The notes under the pieces were generated by a model. The model had not been told where the DNA came from and searched no databases. It worked only from the letters and a program-made list of their open reading frames with translations. Both the position numbers and the translations under genes were made by a program. Shown here in pieces: positions 1-12,800 of a stretch of DNA of 64,000 nucleotides (its first letter is position 1; the number at the start of each line of letters is the position of its first letter). Where the stretch lies: IMG/VR virus record IMGVR_UViG_3300023278_002893, positions 124,001 through 188,000 of that record; one strand, 5' to 3'.

Positions 1-3000
1 CGACTCCAGCAAACGAAATTCATGAATAACTATAGAATTGGCATCCTCACCCTGACCTTGTACTGAATCCACCTCTAAAGTCCAGGTATCTGCAGTTATT
101 GGAGGATTCAACGTACCGCTGAAAGTCAACCCGACGAAATCCTCCTCGGTCAGGACAACCTGCTCGACAGAACCAGGGTTAGCTTTGAGGGTAAAAGTAG
201 CGGGCGCGTTAGTACGTAAGCCCGTGCCTACCTGCTTGGCATAGCTCTCGTCCATCTCCCATTCAAATCTGTTTACGGTTTTAGGCTCAGCAAGAGTAAC
301 AGTAAGGGTATCTGTAAATCCGGTAGCTTGCCAGAAAGTCCCATTATCGCCATCCACCATATAAGACGCCTGGTGTTCGGGGACAAAGGTTAGAGACGAT
401 GCCGTAGAACCCCAGGCATGGTTGGTCTCGATGAGTCCCTGTATATTAGCGGAAGACACGGTCTCTTCAAACAACTGAATAGACACAACACGTGTCTGGG
501 GACCACGACCAATACCAAACTGATTGGATTGTCCTACTTCATTGGGCTCATTGAGAACAGACTCATCGGGATAAACACTGTCTTCTACATAAACACGCAT
601 TCCTGAGGTCTCTATGGTATTGATAAAAATATGTGTAAAGCCAATACCCTCATTATAACTATCCACTCCTGTAAAAGACGCCTGATCGATGTCTAACCAG
701 CTGGCATCAAGTGTGGGATCTGATTCTGAATTGGTCAAAGTTTGGATCTTGAAGTCTGTGGGGTAAAATTCTGTGTCGTACCCCAATACAGTAATGGCTT
801 TAATCTCTTTGGTAATCACGTCACCTCTGTACGCGTCATGGAAAACTCTCCAAACATAGTGGGGAAATTCACTGCCCGGTACCACAAGATCAGTCAATGT
901 GTTCTTAGTAAAGACACCCCAATAATCATCTTCGGATATCTCATCGAACTTACCATCCCAAAGGAAGAAGGGGTCACCTATAGTATTGACATCAGAAGAG
1001 TTATGGCTAGCTCCATAATCCACACCCTCCAGCAGACTATAAAGATTGCCTTGAGTATTATTAAAGGTGGAGACATCCTGTAATCCTGCACGGGTAGTAC
1101 TAAACCAATTAGAGTTCTCCGTGAATATCTCTGGTTGGGCCGGAGCAAAATTAACACCAAACAAAGTACCACCCTGCGTGTTAAAGTTATACTGCTTAGG
1201 CTGGGAGGCTAAATCCGACTGCAAGAGATTACTATCACCACGTACGGCCACCCATCTAATTGCGGTAGAGGGAGTAGCAGTACCCCAATCGGAATACTCT
1301 ACATTCTCAGGGCTGCCCACTCCAATAAATGACTTATTGGAATACGTAAAATTGCTATCATCATCTACATCCCAATAGCCTTTATCGTCTGTTGCGGGTT
1401 TAGCTCCCGGTGTCAGTAAGTCTCGTCTAAGTTCGGTGGCTGCGGAAAACGTACTGAGTCTGTAGGGCCTATTTAAATCAAAGCATATTACGGGATAGTC
1501 TGAGTAATTGATGGAGGTGGTGTTTCTGTTGTCCGTAAGCACATCTCCCAAAGGATCCCAAAAATGGTTTGGTCCTTGATGGGGTATGGCTGCCTGAGTT
1601 ATCCGAGGATATATCCTCGCTTGGTATAAAATGGCCTGGGGAAAATTATCTATCTGGTAAGGAGACTTACCCTCCGTGGTGGAGCCCCCAGTACTTCCCT
1701 GGACGTTAAGCTCAAATTCGGCGGCGGCTGAAGATTCAAATCGAATCCAACGGGCAAAGGAAGAAGAACCTGCCCAATCAACTAGGTTGGGATCAGAGAC
1801 GTCATCCCCACTAAATAGCGCTGTGTTGGGCCAAGGGGTCTGATTTAGAGTTTCGGAAATTAATTCAAAAACACGGGAAGCCGTGTCGATATTAAAGTGT
1901 CTTCCCAGATCGACTGCAACATGAATGACACCACCCACTCCCCCACACTCCGCTACGCCGGGAGTATATTCCCTATCAACGGTGTTGTCTACGGGCAGTG
2001 TATTCCTCCCCACCGACTCCAACGCCATGAACATACTTGCCCGAATGCCTGTATTGGATTTAAAATCAGTGTCGATGGTGGAGTTATCTGGACAATCTAA
2101 GGCTGCACTAAATGCGGGATATCCCGAAGGCCCCAAAGGAAACAAAGAACGTTCGAAGGTATCACAGTTCCTGAGATATACAATTCTAATTCCCTCAGTA
2201 GTAACAGGCGTTAGAAATATAAAAGTGTTTATCTTGGACTTAGTACCCCCAAAAGTAGACGTAGCCAGCTGAAGCTGTTGGGGCTCGTCATCCCTTAGAA
2301 GTGCCCTAACCTGACGGACAGTCTTCCAATGGCTGTTCTCATTTACGTCGGGGGGAATACCTCCCAACTCTGCTTGTGTTTTTAGGGCCTCGATATCCCA
2401 ATAACGGGGATAGTGATCTGCAGAAGTACAATCAAGCGTAGAGTCTCTAAAATCAGTATGTGCTATTCTAATACCGCCAATTACTTTCTCACCGCCCCAC
2501 TGCATTCCCAAAATACCAGGATTGGTGGCGGTCATACGGGAAAATGACTGAACCCCACTATTTCTATCCTGATTGAACGCATTAGTAAATCCAAGACTCT
2601 GGGACCCATCGGGGGTATCTATGTCTAATTGACGGGCAGGTTGGTACCAATGACTACTTCCTGTAACAGTAGTTAGCAGTCCAGTATCTACCGGAACATA
2701 CTGAGCGTCAGTAAAATCTTTCACGCCCGTGAGATAACTCTTATACCAGTTGGCGATCGTAACCGCAGGTGCATTAAGAACCGCCCCATACGCATCCATA
2801 TGCCATATCTCTCGTCCAAGCGTGGCGGAAGTATCGGCACCGGTTTTATCCACCTCAATGAGCATTCTTACGAAACGGGTACCAGATTTCAATAGTGTCT
2901 GTCCATTGAAAGTGATGTTACCTGTGCTTGCATCAGCAAGTCCGGTGGACTCCCTGCCCGCAAATATAGAAAGCTGATTGCTCCCATAATCACCCACTAC

Positions 3001-6000
3001 GTGTCCGGGATCTTCCAGGACTCCCGACAAGGTAGGACTACCTAAAAGGCGGAAGCGGGGAGCGCCGCCGGTTCCATAATCCGCATAACGAAAAGACCAC
3101 TCCAAGGTCGCAGCGCCCTGATCCAGACTAGCAGCATACTCAGTGAGATCTGTCGTCTGTGATAAATCAAAAGTAACCTGAGTAAATTGCCCCTCGTGAG
3201 AAGGATCCTCCAGATCGATGTTAAAACCAAAAGAGCGACTACCTCCCTGAATAGCTCCCGAACTATACTCAGAGAAATCAGCGACCCTTGGAATCTGGAA
3301 AGGCAAAGATCCGGAATTAACAACTACAAGATCCCACCCAGTGAGATCTCCCGTCTCAAAGGCACCATTAGTAGCGAGATTACCTGTCTTAAAGGACTCC
3401 GTACCGCTCACTAAACTAATCAAACCATACGCCTGCGCACTCAACGTAACGCTAGACTCCTCCTTCAAAACCTTATCCTCTGTGAAATCGATTCGGGCAG
3501 GAGGGCCAATTTGAGGGCTTTGTATGTCTGCCAAAGAGTTCAACTGATTGAAGTAGAGAAGCTGCCTGGCAGATTCGATATCCTCAGGAACATCTACTAT
3601 TAGATCCGCCTTCTGCCCTAAGGTATTTATCACCTTGAGGGGCACACTGGCTCCTACAGAACCGACCCTAGCATCTGTCAGATGTATCGAATTCTCTATT
3701 CTACCTTCCTCTCCAAAACAAACCTGGTCTTCTTCGAAGCGCACCTTAACATCGCTGATGGATGTTTGGAGAGTGGGTCTGATAATTAAACGGATGAATT
3801 GAGGAGAATTGCCTACCTTAAACTCAGCCTCCTTCTCATTAGCATTTAACAATTCTCCGGATGAGAAAAGCTGTCCATCTTCGGAAAAGAATATCTGAAC
3901 ATTATCCGCCAAGGACTCATCAGATTGAGAAACACCATAGATTTCCATCTCAGAAATCTTAGTACTCCAATGTAGATCACTCTGCCACCTAATGGCAGTA
4001 GTTCGGACAGGATCAAAGACCCATTCAAATCGATTCCACTGCATGTTGGAAAATGCAGACTGCTCTCGAAAATTAATGCCTCCCAGCTCCGCAACACTCT
4101 TAACGTAATCTACACCCTGAACAGGATTGATAGTACCATCCGCAGCAATGACGTCCAACCTGGAAGGATTGGAAAGTAACAAATCCATTCCTATGTCTTT
4201 GAGGGTAGAACCTGGTGGATAGTTTATAATCTTCTGCTGATCTATCTTGACATGTTGGATAGAATCCTCAGGTATAACAGAGAACCCCGACTTAGAACCA
4301 TCCCCACCTTTCCCCCCATCCGAAGGTGCGTAGTCTAACTGCCAGGCACGTTGGTTCTTTTTATCCTTGAAATACATCACAATCTTACCAACAGACTTAC
4401 TAGGACGAGGAGTCTGGCTACTAAAAAAACAATCTATACCCACAGCATCTCTTTCAAAATCATAGGAATCCGGAGACTGATTTACAAACTCGAAGGTCTC
4501 AAAGAATTCCCCATCCCCATTGGTGTAGAAATAGGTAGCGCCGGCAGAGGTGGCTCCCCCCGCACCAGTAGGTCCTGGATCTCCAAATGCAGACACCCCA
4601 TTCTCCGCCAAACGAACACCATCGTTGAGTGCCTGTATATTGAAGCTCTCGTTCTGGCGCTCAACACAAACTCGGGTATCGGGGGCGGGGTTATAGCAGA
4701 TGGTATGGGAACCACTAACATCAGATTGATAAACAGCGGAGGTGGCTATTCCTAGGTTGTATTCTAGATTAGTCTGATCTTCTTCACCAGTAATAAACAA
4801 CTTGTCGATATTCAAACGTCTCTGCAAATCAATATCAATGACTGCTCGATTTTTAGTTTGAAGACCGTGCGCATAAACAGAAATCCCCGTCTCACCCGCA
4901 CCTTCAGGAGAGGGCGGGGTAAATGTACCAACAGCATCTCCAGAAACTTGGTAATATAAAGCATCTGGTTTTAGAGTAGTCCCCGCACCTGCGTGGAGAT
5001 CCGTATTGTAAATTCCGAGGAGATCGCCTCGGCGAACAAAGATTTCGGAAGTAGTCACATCCGCAACGAAAACGGACGGAGCGGGACTCCCCACTAGACC
5101 CCCGTTAGGATCATCTGTAAAGTCCTTCAGACCAATAACCCCCTCGGAGACTAACGTAAGTTTGCCATCCAAAGAGGGTCGAAATATTTTCCACTTACTG
5201 GAACCGCCAGTGTCGGGAGAACCATTCATGAATATACGATCCACCTGACCCTCATCACTGAAGGGATGGTTTAGATCTATAAAAGTGAGTCCTACACCTG
5301 GGAAAAATCCATCCTGTTCAAACTTAGCACCCTGAAGTCCTGTGTTTCTTCCCTCAAAAACAGGCTCCTGGGTGATCTTCTGATTCACTACATCGAAATG
5401 GACGTTACCTCCCTGGACAATATATTGTTGGGGAGCCAAACTAAATGCTGGAAGAGAATCATCATTGTCAAACAGTGCTAGAATCTCTAACGTCAGGGGC
5501 CTATATGCAGACAGGGGGACATAACTAGAAGACGGGTCGGTGCCTGTTCCCGTAGTACCTACAAAAAGTCCAGCCGCTGTTGTGAGCCCCAAAACAAACG
5601 CTGCAGAATTAGAGCCATATTCTATAGTGGCTGAGGAATCAGACGCTCTAGTTCCAGATTCGATTCTAAGAAGTTGAGAATCTGTAAGGAATGCTTCAGC
5701 CCTAGGATATCCCCCGATAGCAACCTTACCTAACTGCAAAGAGATGTCGCGAGCAATGAGGAAAGCCGTAGATTCTTGAGGAGTTAGAGTTATCTGAACA
5801 TCACCGTATCCATCTAAATTAACAATTAGCTTATCGTTGACGTCCTTCTCGATAAGCACGGAACCTAGTATGGGACTACCTCCCTGAACAAAACCAGCAG
5901 ACCCGGCGTCTTCAGAGTCGAAAGAGAATTCGAAAGCGTTAGTTCCTATTTCAAAAAAGCCCAAAAAGAATTCATCATTAAACGCGCCGTCTTCACAGGG

Positions 6001-6459
6001 ATGAAAACGTACTCTAGTAATCTCACCTATCCAATCGAAACTCTCACCCATATTGATCTCGTAAAGATGCCACTTACCATCTGCATTGATGTCGAAGGTG
6101 AGGGATTTAGTCTCATTGAATATTGGATCGGATGAGGTAACCCACGCTATCTTACCAAAAGATGTCGGTGCTGTGCTGAGAGGACTCTGGTCGTATTTCA
6201 TTCGGAAAAAGACACGATCATTTACTAACGCATCGACTGCCGCAAAATCACTAGACGGGCCAATGTATCCACCAGATTCAGATCTCTTTGTACCGAATAG
6301 GAAACCTCCCCACGCACCGATGACATCCAATTCAAAAAAGGTATTCCAGCCTTTCAGGTCTCGGTTTTCATCCCAGACTACCTGATACTGAGTCGAGTCC
6401 GACTTAAGCGGCGCGACCGAATGTCGCACACGTGCTTCGGAGAGAATAGAATATACCAT
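1..6459 (-). CDS. Giant virion/tail-tip protein (>2153 aa, runs off left edge) with discoidin (F5/8 type C)-like and other beta-sandwich domains
   Basis: ATG at 6459 overlaps the upstream stop (TAATG). Reads MVYSILSEARVRHSVAPLKSD... and the left end reads ...ASYMVDGDNGTFWQATGFTDTLTVTLLEPKTVNRFEW...IVIHEFRLLES (discoidin-like). Absent from the ORF track, consistent with no stop inside the window. Confidence 0.85.
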   Translation of the reverse strand, partial: MVYSILSEARVRHSVAPLKSDSTQYQVVWDENRDLKGWNTFFELDVIGAWGGFLFGTKRSESGGYIGPSSDFAAVDALVNDRVFFRMKYDQSPLSTAPTSFGKIAWVTSSDPIFNETKSLTFDINADGKWHLYEINMGESFDWIGEITRVRFHPCEDGAFNDEFFLGFFEIGTNAFEFSFDSEDAGSAGFVQGGSPILGSVLIEKDVNDKLIVNLDGYGDVQITLTPQESTAFLIARDISLQLGKVAIGGYPRAEAFLTDSQLLRIESGTRASDSSATIEYGSNSAAFVLGLTTAAGLFVGTTGTGTDPSSSYVPLSAYRPLTLEILALFDNDDSLPAFSLAPQQYIVQGGNVHFDVVNQKITQEPVFEGRNTGLQGAKFEQDGFFPGVGLTFIDLNHPFSDEGQVDRIFMNGSPDTGGSSKWKIFRPSLDGKLTLVSEGVIGLKDFTDDPNGGLVGSPAPSVFVADVTTSEIFVRRGDLLGIYNTDLHAGAGTTLKPDALYYQVSGDAVGTFTPPSPEGAGETGISVYAHGLQTKNRAVIDIDLQRRLNIDKLFITGEEDQTNLEYNLGIATSAVYQSDVSGSHTICYNPAPDTRVCVERQNESFNIQALNDGVRLAENGVSAFGDPGPTGAGGATSAGATYFYTNGDGEFFETFEFVNQSPDSYDFERDAVGIDCFFSSQTPRPSKSVGKIVMYFKDKKNQRAWQLDYAPSDGGKGGDGSKSGFSVIPEDSIQHVKIDQQKIINYPPGSTLKDIGMDLLLSNPSRLDVIAADGTINPVQGVDYVKSVAELGGINFREQSAFSNMQWNRFEWVFDPVRTTAIRWQSDLHWSTKISEMEIYGVSQSDESLADNVQIFFSEDGQLFSSGELLNANEKEAEFKVGNSPQFIRLIIRPTLQTSISDVKVRFEEDQVCFGEEGRIENSIHLTDARVGSVGASVPLKVINTLGQKADLIVDVPEDIESARQLLYFNQLNSLADIQSPQIGPPARIDFTEDKVLKEESSVTLSAQAYGLISLVSGTESFKTGNLATNGAFETGDLTGWDLVVVNSGSLPFQIPRVADFSEYSSGAIQGGSRSFGFNIDLEDPSHEGQFTQVTFDLSQTTDLTEYAASLDQGAATLEWSFRYADYGTGGAPRFRLLGSPTLSGVLEDPGHVVGDYGSNQLSIFAGRESTGLADASTGNITFNGQTLLKSGTRFVRMLIEVDKTGADTSATLGREIWHMDAYGAVLNAPAVTIANWYKSYLTGVKDFTDAQYVPVDTGLLTTVTGSSHWYQPARQLDIDTPDGSQSLGFTNAFNQDRNSGVQSFSRMTATNPGILGMQWGGEKVIGGIRIAHTDFRDSTLDCTSADHYPRYWDIEALKTQAELGGIPPDVNENSHWKTVRQVRALLRDDEPQQLQLATSTFGGTKSKINTFIFLTPVTTEGIRIVYLRNCDTFERSLFPLGPSGYPAFSAALDCPDNSTIDTDFKSNTGIRASMFMALESVGRNTLPVDNTVDREYTPGVAECGGVGGVIHVAVDLGRHFNIDTASRVFELISETLNQTPWPNTALFSGDDVSDPNLVDWAGSSSFARWIRFESSAAAEFELNVQGSTGGSTTEGKSPYQIDNFPQAILYQARIYPRITQAAIPHQGPNHFWDPLGDVLTDNRNTTSINYSDYPVICFDLNRPYRLSTFSAATELRRDLLTPGAKPATDDKGYWDVDDDSNFTYSNKSFIGVGSPENVEYSDWGTATPSTAIRWVAVRGDSNLLQSDLASQPKQYNFNTQGGTLFGVNFAPAQPEIFTENSNWFSTTRAGLQDVSTFNNTQGNLYSLLEGVDYGASHNSSDVNTIGDPFFLWDGKFDEISEDDYWGVFTKNTLTDLVVPGSEFPHYVWRVFHDAYRGDVITKEIKAITVLGYDTEFYPTDFKIQTLTNSESDPTLDASWLDIDQASFTGVDSYNEGIGFTHIFINTIETSGMRVYVEDSVYPDESVLNEPNEVGQSNQFGIGRGPQTRVVSIQLFEETVSSANIQGLIETNHAWGSTASSLTFVPEHQASYMVDGDNGTFWQATGFTDTLTVTLAEPKTVNRFEWEMDESYAKQVGTGLRTNAPATFTLKANPGSVEQVVLTEEDFVGLTFSGTLNPPITADTWTLEVDSVQGQGEDANSIVIHEFRLLES

Positions 6460-6833
6460 TATTTTTTCGTATATATCCTGTCTAAACGTTTAGATGTTTG
6501 TTTCCTAAGAGCAGTAGGATCGGGTTCTGAAATGATACGGCCCATCTCATCAAAATCTATATAATCCAACTTGTCAAAATACTCTCTTAGCCTCTCAGAT
6601 TGTTCGCTAAAATGCGCCCTTACTTTTTTCTCTATGTTACGGAAAGTGAGACGCTCAAAAGTACCACACCTATAGCAAGCGTAGACTAGGTAATCCCAGA
6701 CTATAGTAGCTTGATTTATGAAATTATCCTTGTCTCGACGACCATCCTTATGATATTCCCGAATCGTGGCGCCGTGATCGACGTCTAAACTATCCCCACA
6801 CTTATCACACCTTACAAAATCTAAATAAGGCAT
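6459..6833 (-). CDS. Small Zn-ribbon protein (CxxC...CxxC), function unknown
   Basis: RCDKCG and ACYRCG; SD AGGAGG upstream; coupled to the downstream gene. Confidence 0.75.
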   Translation of the reverse strand: MPYLDFVRCDKCGDSLDVDHGATIREYHKDGRRDKDNFINQATIVWDYLVYACYRCGTFERLTFRNIEKKVRAHFSEQSERLREYFDKLDYIDFDEMGRIISEPDPTALRKQTSKRLDRIYTKK

Positions 6834-6844
6834 TGCTCCTCCTA

Positions 6845-9800
6845 TTATGTTAGTAGTGTGTCTGAAGTATATCCAGTCAAGATTAAGTTGCCCGCTTTAT
6901 CCCTTCGCATCCCACTGGCGTTAAGAACCTCAGCCGAGATTGGATCTCCATTTTGGTCGAAAAGCTCCCTCTCCCGCATCTGTCTAACGTCGGGAGTTGC
7001 TTGGGCCGAGGGCAATACGGAAGACGCCCCTCCCTGACCCGAAGAGAAGTCAGACCAAAACCCTGTCGTTTCTATCGGATCAAGGTCGTCGTGTAAATGT
7101 GCATACTTATACTCTACCAATTGGGAATGTCCGCACCCATCGCAGCATTCATTATAATTCTCATTTAGATCATGAAGCCAGGCGTGTCCGGGCGGGTGGA
7201 AGACACTTCTGGACGGCACCTCCCCATAAAGAGACACATCAGTCTCATAGGTGGTAACATCCTCGATGTTATTAACAGTCACTGATACCGTGGTTGTCCA
7301 CGAAGGCAAACTACCTCCCAGAAAAGTTAGCCATCTCTGCTCGTCTAAAGGGGTGAAACTGACAAAGTCAAACCTGTAAGGAGACGACATTAGATTCCTG
7401 GCTTTCCCATATTCCGCAGCTTGTAAATTCTCCAGCGTGGTCACATCCCCTCCTATAGTAGGCTGACCTCCCCCCTGACCGGTAGAAGATTCATTCGTTA
7501 TCTTCGCGGACCACGCATACGCACGGTGCCTATTACCTCCCCGATCGGGGGCGGTGGAGGTGGATCTCCAGTACGCAGTACAGCTATCCATTCCCGCGAG
7601 GTTTTCTTCTGGATTTTTACCGGGCGGAGAAAAACTATTAGTATAATACCTACGCTCAGGTATAAATATAGTCTCCGTTAGAGACGTATTGGATGTAAGA
7701 ATATCAGAAGTAAACTGTATGGAATGAATACCCATGGAAAGTGTATTGCTTCTTCTACCAAAGACAAGATGAAATTCTTGATAAAATTTATCCCAAAACA
7801 CCACATCAGTGAGATTAGGAACGATAGTGATGGAAAACAAAACCTCACCTGCCTGGATGTCGGCAGAATTAAAACTACCGGGGACGGAGGTGTCGATGGA
7901 AACGGTTTCGGACTGGCCAAGGAGTCTTCCACTCCGTGTTGTAACAAAATCACCTGTTCTGGCTGCGGTAGGAATACCATATAGAAAGAATTTGGGAACC
8001 TCCATTCCCTTTCCAGCTAAGAAATGTACGGTAACAGATTTGACAGCGACAAAGGTATCGAATGTCCAATCCAAAGTTATGGTCTCCGACTGTCCTTGGG
8101 ACTCCTTATCTTCACTTACAGGCACCCCACCCAGCAGTTTAGGATCATCATCTTTAAGCGGGCCGGGAACCAAAATACCAATACTATTATCAGATAGAAC
8201 CTTGGCAGCTTCAGTAGGTGACGGCCAGAACGCAGTAACTAAGGTACGATCTAATCGAACAGCTCCTGTCTGTGGTCTTCTCCGGAGCACCCCACCCCCA
8301 TTACTCTTCAAAGCTATATAATCCTGTGCCCTATTTTCCTGACCCGAAAAAATACCATCTATTGCCAAGTTAGAACCAATACCGTGAGGTACCCTACTCC
8401 AGGTGTATTCTATATCGGTGAAAGTGGTAAGTGCGGGGTCTACATTGATCGTTAAAGGTAGAAATGTAGAACTAAGTCTAAAGTGAATCTGCTCCAGGAA
8501 ATAATTACACATACAGCAGGGGTCTGAAAGATCCGTGCGGGTGATGTCTGTGGGAAATGCAGGCCCCATTTCATCACTAACATAAAGAGCCACAAAATCT
8601 CCAGGGGCGAGCGAATCTCCGTGTATAAAAATAGCAGGGAGTTCATTGCCTGACGTATCATCCTTATTACCCTCACAACTACACAGATTGGCCAGTTGAA
8701 GGTTACTGGACGCCCTGGACTCACAGGGCAGGGCATCGTCTCCTAGTACCTGGGAGGTGTCATATACCGTACCGGGCATTAACGCGGGTCCAAATTGTCT
8801 GTTGATAAAATCTATAAGTATCTCACGCGGCGGACCCGTACCTAACCGCATCTCCGCATTCTGCGAGATTGTACCATCTTTATTATACGAAGGCGCTGTA
8901 TATGCCACTACGTACTCACCCTCAGCAGGCCTCAACCTAACTTCCATACGACGGTTATCTAGAAAATAATCGGGCGGTAGAAAAGACATCCCGATCAACG
9001 CATCGGAACCCGACTGAGCTCTCTTAATGGGCTTGTCCTGTTCTCGCCAAGCCCATGAGGTAGTAATTGCCCCCACAGGCACTGGGGCTCCGGGCGCAAT
9101 TCCCTGGGCTTCAGGCTCAATTCCTAACAAAGCATCTGGTAGGAATGTAGGATAATAAGGAACATAAGGATAATCAATTCCGCCGGCAGGCCTATTAGTA
9201 ATCAAAGACGTGTGTGTATAGCGATCACTAGATTCATTAGGAGTATCCTCCGAAAGACCCCCCAACGGACAAGAGGTGGCTACTAGTCGAAGAGTAGCAG
9301 GCTCAAGCGACTCACCAAATAAACCCGCACCCGCGCCCATATCTTCACGTTCTGGAAACACGGGCATCCAACGAAAAGCTACCGATTCGGGACTAGGTGA
9401 ATAATCACCTCTCTTTGTAGCAACCTCACACATGAGCATGTTGCGCCCAAAGTTTCCAAATGGAGGAAATGCCCATCCCATAACATCAAACCAGAAGGTG
9501 TCTACCTCCCCCCTCTTACGAGCATATCCCGAAAAGGAAGCCCCTCCTACCAAAACTGTATTACCATAGGTATATCCAGAAAGACACGCACGAAGGGTGG
9601 GATGAATATCTAGAATACGAGCAGTGACTTCATCATACGCGTGGTGTGTCTCCGACGATTGTTCCGCAAGAGGTCCCTGGACCCCCGCACCTGCCGAGAA
9701 AGTACCCGCACCAAATTCTCCGCTTGTTGCCCCCGAATTTGAGGTCGTTATGTTAATCAATTCAGTAGTGTCTGTCTGAGCCTTACCCATCATTGTCTTA

Positions 9801-12800
9801 TTGTACCGAGGTTTTTCACAGGTAATATATGGATACCACAAAGTTCCACGTTTTAACTGCCAGACCGACTCTGGAGGGTGTGTAAACGCAATATCAACGC
9901 CCGCCAACGATTGGCCCGCTGAGGGGTAAAATGCCTTTTGAGAAACAGGATCACCGGGGTCGGATCCTCCGATATTGCCCACCACTTCAAACTCTTTACG
10001 GGTCTTTGCCAGTCTAAGAACCTCATGATCCCCACAATTGGGAATATTAGTACACGGTCCGCTTCCTACCAAATTTTTAGCCCTGTGTCCCAGGGTCAGG
10101 TCACTGGAGTCTATGGTCGCGCGTAGATCACTTTCCTTACGTCCATTTGATCCCCCCGTAGCTAGGAACAGGTCGGGTATAAGTCCATAAGTGGAACAAG
10201 TACTGCTCCAGGCATAGAAGATCTCCACATTTATACACGCTAGATTATAATAGGTCACCAGAAAACGTACATTTTTCTTACCAATAGGCCTATCTGTAGA
10301 ATCTTTGAATACAAAAACATAATCTTGTTGGTCTTGTGTGATTGCAACGGGGCGATTACCCCCCGCCACCAACCCCGTGTCCGAAAACGTAACATCGTGA
10401 TTGTGCGTTCTAAGACGATCACCATAAAAGTTATTACTAACAACCTCTCCCGCACCTTCCGGCTCGGTGGCCACCTCGCCAGCACCCTCTTTTTTGTGCG
10501 TTTGAGACCTAAGATAAGTATACGTAATAGTTAGAGTATCTTGGCTGGGGTCGGGTCGTCCAAATAAATTCTCATCGCCGGGGGCCGGACCATAAATACC
10601 ATAGTTAGCGGGGAGGCCGACTCCATCTTCGTTTCGATAGAGAAGAACCATATCCTTATCTTCACCACCAATGTTAAGGACAACACTTTCCGGAGCCCAC
10701 GGAGCAACAATACTACCAGTAGCACCGTTGTTTACTAGAACAGGGGAGAGTGCCTGAAACTCACCTCTCTGATTAGGTAAAGGCATAACCCTATTGACTT
10801 CCGGATCTGCTATCTCAGCCATGATAATACCACAATCATTGATCAAATACCAATTATCTATCGTCTCCTCTGCTCGGTATTGCACAACTCTGTAAGATAC
10901 ATTAGTAATAAAAGCAGAAGCATCAGACTCGGTAACGAATGCCGTGTTATCGCCACTTACAGAATCCTCAGGAACTAGGTCACTACCCGCATTTAAAGTG
11001 CTAAATCTAAGATTTCTGTCTTTGAAACGCCAAGCATAATAACCATGATCTATAAAGACAGGCTCCTCTCCCAACACCTGATGCATGGAAGCAACTATTC
11101 TGGCATTTGCGACCTGATTTCGAATCGCTATACCCAACTTAGTATCATTGGTTCCCAAGTCGTTGATCGTAAAATCCCGAGAAGTAAAAGAGTCCTGACC
11201 AACTACTGCGTGAAGCACGCGGTAATCTACCTCCACACTATCAAATATGAAGGTACCAGGTCCTGTAAATATGAATACGAATATCTTGTTTATTTCATTA
11301 TGCACCAGATCTACCTGATTTATAGAATCCCAAAAACCTGTCCTACTAGAAGAAACTTTATCAAATCCTAAAACGGCAGCAGATTGATTGGTTGCTTTCT
11401 CAGATTCTAAATTGATGAATATCTGAAGAAGCTGCTCAGGCGCAATCCCGTTAAAATCGCTGGCTGCTCCAGGAAGACCTACGGCAATTTCAAACAAATC
11501 CTTACTATCGTAAAACTCATGATACCTTGCACGCTCTCTAAGCGCAGTATCATTGACAATATAGATAACCTGCTCGGGGGACGCCGAACCAAATAAAGAA
11601 ATTCTATTGGTGAATTCCGGAGTCCATGCTCTATAAACGAAAGGAGCATTTAGATTGTTAGGAGGATGTGCTATTCTAAGACGGGTATTAGCAGGCACAT
11701 CGAACGAACCAATTTTACTAGCATAAGTGGTACTCCTATCCAAATCCAGAGTCTCAGAACCTGGCTGTATTCTACTGGTAGCCTTCTCAAACGCCAGTGA
11801 CTCAAAGTTGCTTATGGACACTTTCTCCACAAGCATAGTCTCCCAGTTCTCCTCATCTAAGGTGTCTGGATTATCTGGCGGAGCTTCCTCATTAGTAGGC
11901 TCGCGCGCGAACATTGTTTTCGGCCGATATAATATCATATCAGCTACGTCGGGGACACCGCCCGCGTCTACAAAATCTTTCAGGGCCCAAATAAAGGAGG
12001 TAGTAAATCTCTCCCTAAACTCCTCCTCGGGGTCACTGTAGCGCGTCCAATCATCAGAAAAATACCTAAGCTCCTGGATGGCCTCCGCAGTAACCTTCTG
12101 ACCTATCTCCAACTTATCCGTAGTAGCAAATTCCCACGTAGGTCCTGTATAGAATTTACAATCCGAACGCATACCATTACAGGGGAGAGAACCATCAATT
12201 GGGGAGTTCCATGCCTGAGCGGGGTTTCCATCAGTAAATGCTAAATTACATTTGGTAGAGCCCCCGCGTCCTGCGAATCGGAGCGACTGAGACAGGGCGC
12301 GGATCTGGCGGGATTGCCCCGCTGCGGTCTCCGCCGCAGGCTCACCACCGCAATTCACATTAGCCACGTCGAGCTGGTCGGCAACGTCATCCAGAGCGTC
12401 CGCACACGCCGCTGCTGAACTATTTACTGCATCTTGGGTGGTAGCTACGATTAGATCCTGGGCTTCGTCAAAAGCGATTACAGACGCTGCTGTAGCATCC
12501 ACCTTGGCGGTTGCGATTACATTCACTGCCTCGCCGGCAGCCACGGTCCTATCAAATGCTTCTTGTTTCTGCTCGGCGGTAGCGCTGGATGTTCTTATAT
12601 TGTTAAAGTAATCGGCCTCCGCATTGGCATTTTGCTGGGCCTGAAAACCACAATAATTTATAGCGTCCAGCGCGCGTGTGAGTGCCGCGCCTACTCCATT
12701 AGCAATGATTTTGGCCTGAGCATTAACCGTCTCAGAGTTCTCTGTAGATTTGAAAACAACACCCTCTCCGGGCGTTACAAGTCCTGTACGTGGTTCCAAA

